NCBI GenBank assembly: GCA_951406725.2
Contig: OX597827.1
Coordinates: 32,426,001-32,490,000, forward strand
Reading direction: 5' to 3'
Length of the DNA stretch: 64,000 nucleotides
Source: Octopus vulgaris
Taxonomy: Eukaryota
Shown: positions 52,901 to 61,300 of the stretch, one piece after another
How the letters are laid out: each line of letters opens with the position of its first letter
Position numbering within the stretch: position 1 is the first letter of the stretch
Notes under the pieces: generated by a model
What the model was told of the DNA's origin: nothing
What the model saw: the letters and a program-made list of their open reading frames with translations, nothing else
The model's database searches: none
Translations under genes and position numbers: made by a program

Positions 52901-55900
52901 TCCTGTTTTGTCTAAGACTTGGCCATATACTCAGCAAGGTGCCATCTCTGAAGAAATATACAAAATGGCAAAGAATTTCTGTTCCAAGTCTGAAAATTCA
53001 GTTAGTATAGTGAAAGTCTATTATCACTTCACTTTTTTTATATTTTCCAGTGTTGCAGTCCTTAGCAATTATTGGCTGAAAATTTATGTGCACACATATA
53101 TATTATGGAATTTCCTGAGCGTTAAACTAATAGACCTGTTTGTTGTTTATACACCTTTTGTTTTTGTGTAAATTCCAACTTATATATATTATATATATAT
53201 TTCTGTATCTCTATGTGTGTGTATGTGTGATAATGATGATATATATATATTGGGTTGTCCAGAAAGTTTGTGCCGATTTATAGTAGCTTACCTTTCGACT
53301 TATTTTAGAATATGGTTGAGTCCATAAGATAGGATTTGACTACACTTCCATTTAGAACATATTTCAAGCTATCTTTTCCTGGAAGAAGGTTTATGTTCCT
53401 ATGACCTGTGTTAATTCCGTTACGCTTTAAAATGGAAGATAAGAAAGTTCATTTTCGGCACTTGATGCTTTGGGAACCAGACAAAAAATTGCTGCAGCTC
53501 GGTTGGGATGTGTTACTCCACCCTCCATATTCACCAGATATTGCCCCTTCGGATTTCCACTTATTCAGGTCTCTGCAGAATAGTCTTAGTGGTAAAAATT
53601 TCAATTCCTTGGATGACGTAAAAAGATACCTTGATGAATTCTTTGCCATGAATCCACTTCAATTCTGGGAAGAGGGTATTTTCAAGTTAAAGGAAAGGTG
53701 GAAACGCATTGTGCAACAAAATGGTTCATATTTGGTTGATTAGAAATGTAATGCCAAGTATTTATTAACCTTTTTCTTTCCTTTAAAAATTGGCACAACC
53801 TTTCTGGACAACCCAGTATATATGTGTGTGTATCATGATTATTATCAGCACTTAGCATTTGTTGTCCATGCTGGCATATGTTGGATGGTTTGACCAGGGC
53901 TGGCAAGGTTTCTACAGATGGATGCCCTTCCTAACGCCAACCACTCCGACAGTGTAACGGGTGCCATTCGCAGGACACTGATATCTGCCACGGCTGCGAT
54001 TTTACTTGGTTTCATGGGTCTTCTTTTCAAGCATGACGTAAGGTCAATGGTCTCACTCATTGCCTCCGTATCCTTTTGCTCTTTCATCTTTACAATGTAA
54101 GCAGTTTACCCCCCCCCCCCACCGCCTCCTCCACTCCCTAAAATTGCTAGCCTTGTTCTAAAATTTTAAATATTGCTATTTTACTCTTGGCTAATTTTCT
54201 GATTCTTTACATTCTATGTTCAAATTCCACCATTATTGATTATAGTTAAGGCGGCGAGCCAGCATAAGCGTTAGCACACCAGGCGAAATGCTTAGCAGTT
54301 TTTCGTTTGTCTTTATGTTGAGTTCAAATTCTGCTGAGGTTGACTTTGCCTTTCAGGGTCAATAAATTAAGTAACAGTTGTGTACTCAGATCAATTTAAT
54401 TGGCTGGCTCCTTCCCCCAAAATTTCGGGCCTTGTGCCTAGAGTAGATAAGAATATTAATTACTAGCAGAGATACCCGGCGTTGCCCAGTTTCATTCAAT
54501 TGAAGAATTAGACTTTTCTGTTATATATATATATGGATACACACACACACACACATATATATGTATATTAATATAAATACGTGAAAGTACATAAAGTTTG
54601 TTAAAAAAAAGGGGGTATCATGTACATACCTCCTGGCTGTTGAGATTATAACACCTCGTTGTAAACAATGTTCTTTGTTTTTCCTTGTGGAGCATATACA
54701 AAAAGGTTTCTTTTGGTTCCTACTCTTGAGTAGCCAACATACAGTAGCCCATGTGAGAAGCAGGGCTCTTCCAAGAGAAGACCAGCTACAGAGAGGGTTT
54801 GACCCTGAGATTTGTTAATGGACATGGCAAAGCTGACATGAAGGGGAAATTGCAGTCTTCTGAATGAAAATGGAATTTCTGCTCCTGATGGAGTAAGAGG
54901 AATTCTTGGAATAAAGACGTCATCACCTTTTCCACATCCAGAAAGAATGATCGCCTCGATAACGTGTGACATCATTTTCTTTATCACCAGTCGTGTTCCA
55001 TTGCAAAGTCTTGGTGGTTCCAGATTGCGGAGTAGCATTACAGGAGTTCCAACTTTAAGTGCTAATATGTGTGGTGGTAGTCCAGGAGGCTCCAGTGAAT
55101 TGAGAAATTCAAGAGAAATTCAAGTTCACAACTTCATTTATATCTGGAATTGTATCAACAGACTTGTAAGTGTGTATAGTGCCAGGAAGAGAATGCATTA
55201 GCTGTTGATTAATTTTGTTAACAGCGACGTTTTTTGGAGCTAATATTGCTCTTTCACACAGCCAATTGGGATTTTGGTAGTTTTGTGTGAAGTTGGGAAA
55301 GACTTTGTTTTTGAGGTCATCTACAGAATTAACAACAGAGGAAAATGACCACACTTCCATTTGTCCTGCAGCATTGAGAGGCATCTTGCCTTCACCAAGT
55401 GTCAAATTGTCCTGTGCAAACTTTGTGGACATTTTGTCGCTGTGTAGCTGAGCTCTCATGTTAGTGGTGAGACTGAGGATTGTAACATGATGCCACAGGG
55501 TAGAGGACTTTAGGCATGCTTACTTCATCTGCTCTAGTGCCTTTCGGAATGACAGGAAGAGTTTGCCTGAAATCACCTGACAACAGAAGCGTTACACCTC
55601 CCATTGGAGCCTGACAGTCTCGGATATCAGGGCTCTATCTAATGCTTCCAAAGCTCCCTTATGAGCCATAGTGCACTCATCCTAGACAATTAGATGACAC
55701 ATTTTAGGTACTTGTCCCTGATCTGAGCTTTTGTTGATGTTGCATTAAGGCATTTCGGATGCTGCTAAATTAAGAGGGAGTTTAAAAGTTGAGTGTGCTG
55801 TCCTGCCACCGGGTAACAAAGTAGCTGCAATGCCAGAGGAGGCTACTGCAATGTCCTGATGCTGCCTAACTTCTGCAAGGAGAAGCTTTGTAATAAATGT

Positions 55901-58313
55901 TTTTCCTGTCCCTCCAGGAGCATCGTGGAAGAAGATTCATCCCTCGCGTTGGCGTACACTCTTAAGAATAGTTCTGTAGGCCTGCAGCTGGTCCAGAAGT
56001 AATTTAGGCTCATTTTCAACAATGTACTTTGAAAGCGCTTGAGTGTCGTAGGTTGTTTCACGAATGACAGCAGTGGGAAGGCTATTTGACCCTGACCTGA
56101 ATGCTTGTGGCAGGCCATACGTCGACAATTCATTTCCACCCAGTTTAGCAATTCTGTCTTCAATGTCAATGAGTGTTTTGTTATAGATTTCATTGCTGAT
56201 ACCCTCCATGTCAGGATAGAGCAGTTGAGCTTGGCGCTGAAGGGGACAATGTTTTTGAGATTCCGGTTCGAATGTAAGGCAGGTTTGAAAGTGTTCCCAA
56301 CAGTTATTAATTGTAGTGGTAGAGTGTTTATGCCGAATATGTATGTATGCATGTATATATATATACAAAATCCACTGAGAAGGCTTTTGTTGGTCTGAGG
56401 CTACAGCAGAAGACACATGCCAAGTCACCACACAGTGGAACTGAACCCAGGACCATGTGTTTGGAACGTAGTTTGTTACCACACAGCCACACCTGCCCCT
56501 ATGTATGTGTGTGTGTATGGGTAGATATATTATGCATGTATATATGTGTACATATTACATGTGCATCTATATATATACATCTACACATAAAATACAAAAT
56601 ACAAAGTTATATCTTGATATCGCTAGTGATAACAATACTCAAAATATATAAGAGACTGGAATTGTAGGCCCGTCTCTTGCAATTTCGATCAATTGGATCT
56701 TGTCCTCCCTCTTGTATAGAAGTGTATGGCTGCAGCGAAATTCATTTTTGGACTTTCTTCTATCGAAGGCATTTTAACAAAAATGCTTCCGTAAAGACGG
56801 TAAAAATATTGTCAATTTCCCCAAACAGGGACACAATTCAATTTTTAAACAATAACCAAAGCCCCTTCTCCGAAAGGAGGAGGGTTACGGTTTACAATTA
56901 TTTAACAAATGCAACACAACAACGTTTCCCTGACAAGGAACCAACAAACGTGATTACAATAGTCAAACAGTAATAATAATAACTACAAACCTTTTTAATT
57001 TATCCCCATTTATGTGAAACCACTTGTTCAAGTCATTGATGCAATTTTATACGAATTGCTAATACACACACACACACATAATAAGGGTGAAAAATTGAAT
57101 ATTAATTTGATTAATATGAATTGAAAACCAGTGGTGTAGCATATAAGACCATAGCGGATCTTTTTCTAGCAAAATGGATGACCACTGTTAATGATTGATC
57201 CCTTTCACTTTAATAGTTTCAGTATTAAAGTGAAAGTGTCTGCATTACAATAAAGAGATGTTTTTGTTTCACTTTTAACACGTAATACTGAAATAGTGGA
57301 GAAGATATGATATCGCTGTGGGGTCGCCCTTGGGAAAAAGTTAAGTTTTGCCAATGACACTTCCCGGACCTTAAGTAAGGCATGTGTAAAATTTGAATGA
57401 AATTGGTTGTGTAGTTCTCAAGTTTTAGGGAAACACACAGACAGACACACATTCTCAGTTTTATATATAGAGAGATAGCTCTTTGGATAAAATGCTTAAT
57501 GGTATTTCGCCCATCTTTACATTCTGAGTTCAAAGTCCACTGAGGTCAACTTTGCCTTTCATCCTTTCGGGGTCAAATCAACTTATCCCATCCCTTCTGA
57601 AATTGCTGGCCTCGTGTCAAAATTTGAAACCATTACTACTACTATTATTATTATTATTACCTCCGCCTTAGCAAAGGCGGTGGTATTATTTTCACTTGTG
57701 TTTGTTTTTTGTCTGTGGTCAAGATGTCTCAAAAACCACTGAATGGATTTGGATGAAACGTTCAGGAATGTTTGGCACGACCCAGTTAGATTTTGGGATC
57801 AATCTGGTACTGGACAAGTATTCTGGATTAATTTTCCTGTATTTTTACTTAATTTTTGCAAACAGTCGGGTTCATTTTTAGTATTCTCGCTTGTGAGAGC
57901 AGTCAAGTTTATTTCAGAAATTTTCATTTTAAAAATCATCTCTGGCTAATTGTTGAGAGGACGTTGGTGTTGCCTTGGCAAAGGTTTGCGCTCTCTGAGT
58001 GGCCTTGTTGTTGTTGTCGTTGTCATCGTCGTCATCATCATTATTATTATTAAGGTAAAGTACCAGTTATGCACTGGGGTCGATATAATCGACTTAATCT
58101 GTTTGTCTGTCCTTGTTTGTCCTCTGTGTTTAGCCCCTTGTGGGTAGTAAAGAAATAGGTATTTCACCTGCCGCTATGTTCTGAGTTCAAATTCCCTCGA
58201 GGTTGACTTTACCTTTCATCCTTGCAGGATAAGTACCAGTTAAACTCTGGGGGTCGATGTAATCGACTCATCCCCTCCCAAAAAATTGCTGCTCTTATGG
58301 CAAAATTTGAAAC

Positions 58314-58362
<49 letters not shown>

Positions 58363-61300
58363 GAGAAAGCAGCACATGCCATCAAAGTGATGCTGGAGTA
58401 CAAATGTACAAAGCCAAATATAACCATCTTTACTAGCCATTTGATAAGGGTCCACCAGGCAGATGCACTACATGGTAACCTCATATCAAGATAAACAGCA
58501 CATGAGTTTGCAGGTGAGACCCAGTTAGAATTTTCTTCTGGTTGAGTGGCTTCTTCCACAGGTTGTTTGAGGATGTTTCCAGAGGTGAATTATCCAAACC
58601 CCAAAGAATTCCTCTCAACACATGGCTATGATGCTCCCCCACTACTTCTGATCGTGATCAAAGATGTACTTATCGTCAGCCACTAAGGGACATGCTCAAC
58701 TGGTTATGGTTAAGCAACTGACAAGCAAATCTGTGGTATTGGAGCAGAATATTTGCACCAAGACATGTTAACATTCCAATCAGTTAAAATCAGAAGCCAT
58801 GAGAACCACTGGCTGGTACTGCTACATCGCCGTCGTCATCATCATCACCACCACCACCACCATCATTATTATTATAATTATTCTTTTATCATTCTTGTTG
58901 TTATTAGCACAGGATATGCCCACCAGGACAAGCTGAGACTAAAGAGACTCTTACGGAAGAAAACTTTGAGAAACTGATAAATTACAAATATCTACAATGT
59001 ATGGTGGACCCTGGAGAAGCTGTTGGCTTAATTTCATCTCAGGTACTTCTTTTGTTTACCTCTTTGTATTGTCGTGGGTCCCCTTGCCCCGTCTTCCTGA
59101 ATTTGCTCTTATGAGACAACAGATCCTTCCAAAATCCTATCCCCTTTGCATACGTTCCCCACCAACTAGTCAATAACCATGTTTTCAATCCTTGCCTGAC
59201 AGCATTTATAATGAAAGCCACAAAGTACTTTAATTAACTTTGAAAATAATCAAGAATCTAGAAGGGGTTTATTAGTAGAAGATGCTTGCCCAAGGTGCCA
59301 CACAGTGGGTTTGAACCTGAAACCAAGTGGTTACAAAGTGAACTTCTTTCATGGCTACACAGCCTTGCTCATGTTCATCTTAGTTTTCCAAAAATTACCT
59401 TATCCTTGTAGGTTCTCATGTGATTTGAAGGAGATTTAATTGCCATCTTTAGCACATCAAGTAACTTCTATTGTCTCTGAATGTGGTTTAGTATTATGAA
59501 TATAGGCGCAGGAGTGGCTGCGTGGTAAGTAGCTTGCTTACCAACCACATGGTTCTGAGTTCAGTCCCACTGCGTGGCACCTTGGGCAAGTGTCTTCTAC
59601 TATAGCCTCGGGCTGACCAAAGCCTTGTGAGTGGATTTGGTAGATGGAAACTGAAAGAAGCCTGTCATCTATATATATGTGTGTGTGTGTACATTTGTAT
59701 GTCTGTGTTTGTGCCCCAACATCGCTTGACAACCAATGCTGGTGTGTTTACGTCCCCGAAACTTAGCAGTTCAGCAAAAGAGACCGATAGAATAAGTCCT
59801 GGGGTCGCTTTGTTTGACTAAAGGCAGTGCTCCAGCATGGCTGCAGTCAAAAGATATTGGTGTGTTTACGCCTTCATAACTTAGTGGTTCAGCAAAAGAG
59901 ACCCATAGAATAAGTCAAGTTGCTCATCTAAAAGCGGTGCTCCAGCATGACCACAGTCAAATGAATAAAAGAATATCTATAATCTTCACTGGAAACGGTT
60001 ATCAGGCGTACAATATGTTCTCCTTGTCATTGTTAACAGATTTCTTTTCTACAATCTTCTGCTATTTGTCAGAAAGAACTCAAATGCCATCCAGCTTCTG
60101 TCTTTTACTATTTTATTAATGATTAAAGTCTTTCTCTGCTACTCTTTATGGCTTCATCACTGAGACTCGTCTTTTCTACTCTTTTACTTGTTTCAGTCAT
60201 TTGACTGTGGCCATGCTGGGGTACTACCTTTAGTCGAGCAAATTGACCCCAGGACTTATTCTTTTTAAGTCTGGTATTTATTCTATGGGGGCGTAAACAC
60301 ACCACTATTAGTTGTCAGGTGATTTTGGGGGGACAAACACAGACACACAAACACACACACACACACATATATACAACAGGCTTCTTTTGGTTTCCGTCTA
60401 CCAAATCCACTCACAAGGCTTTGGTCAGCCTAAGGCTATAGTAGAAGACACTTGCCCAAGGTGGCATGCAGTGGGACTGAACCTGGAACAATGTGGCTAG
60501 TAAGCAAGCTACTTACCACACAGCCACTCCTACACCACTGTACGCATCATCATCATCATCATCATCAACATCATTGCTTTAACATCCAATTTTGCATATC
60601 TGCATGGATCAGATGGATTTTATTGTAGCAGGTTTTCTATGGTTGGATGCCGTTTGCATTGCCAAACTTTGCCTGCTGCCAGGTGAGGAGATATTTTCCT
60701 ATGGCCAGACATAGCATCATGGAAGAATGAGGGAAAAAAATATTAATGACACTTGTTTCCAATTATCACACACACCATGCTACCATAGAGTTTCATCTTC
60801 ATCACCGTTTAATGTCCGTTCTCCATGCAGGCATGGGTTGAACGGTTTGACTGAGGTCTGGAAAGCCAGTTGCTGCAGCAGGCTCCAATCTGATCTGGCA
60901 ATGTTTCTACAGCTGGATGCCCTTCCTAATGCCAACCACTCCGAGAGTATAGTGGATGCTTTTTACAAGCCACCAGCATTGGAGCCAGTCAGGGGAACAC
61001 TGGCATCGGCCACGTTCAGATGGTACTTTTTACTTGCCACCGGCACAGGAACCAGTCAGAGTGCACTGGCATTGGCCACATTCGGATGATGCTTTTAACG
61101 TGTCACTGGCACAGTAGCCAGTCAGGGAGCACTGGCATCGGTCACATTCAGATGGTGATTTTAACGTACCACCAACAAGAGAGCCAGTCAGGCAGACCTA
61201 GTATTGATCACGTTCGGGGGAAGGGGGGGTAATTTGCCACTGGCATTGGTCATGTTCAGATGGTACTTTTAACGTGTCACCGGCACAGGAGCCAGTCAGG

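Noticed and set aside
54646-55038. Nested host PIF1 helicase gene
   Set aside because: Intronless, frameshifted and ending at a Helitron hairpin/CTAG terminus
59031-59042. ISSQ instead of LAAQ before the trigger loop as another editing candidate
   Set aside because: TCA/TCT cannot be converted to Ala by A-to-G, and this position varies among Pol I orthologs
59505-59580. tRNA genes (this and other SINE heads)
   Set aside because: A/B-box-like heads continue into SINE bodies and do not close a cloverleaf
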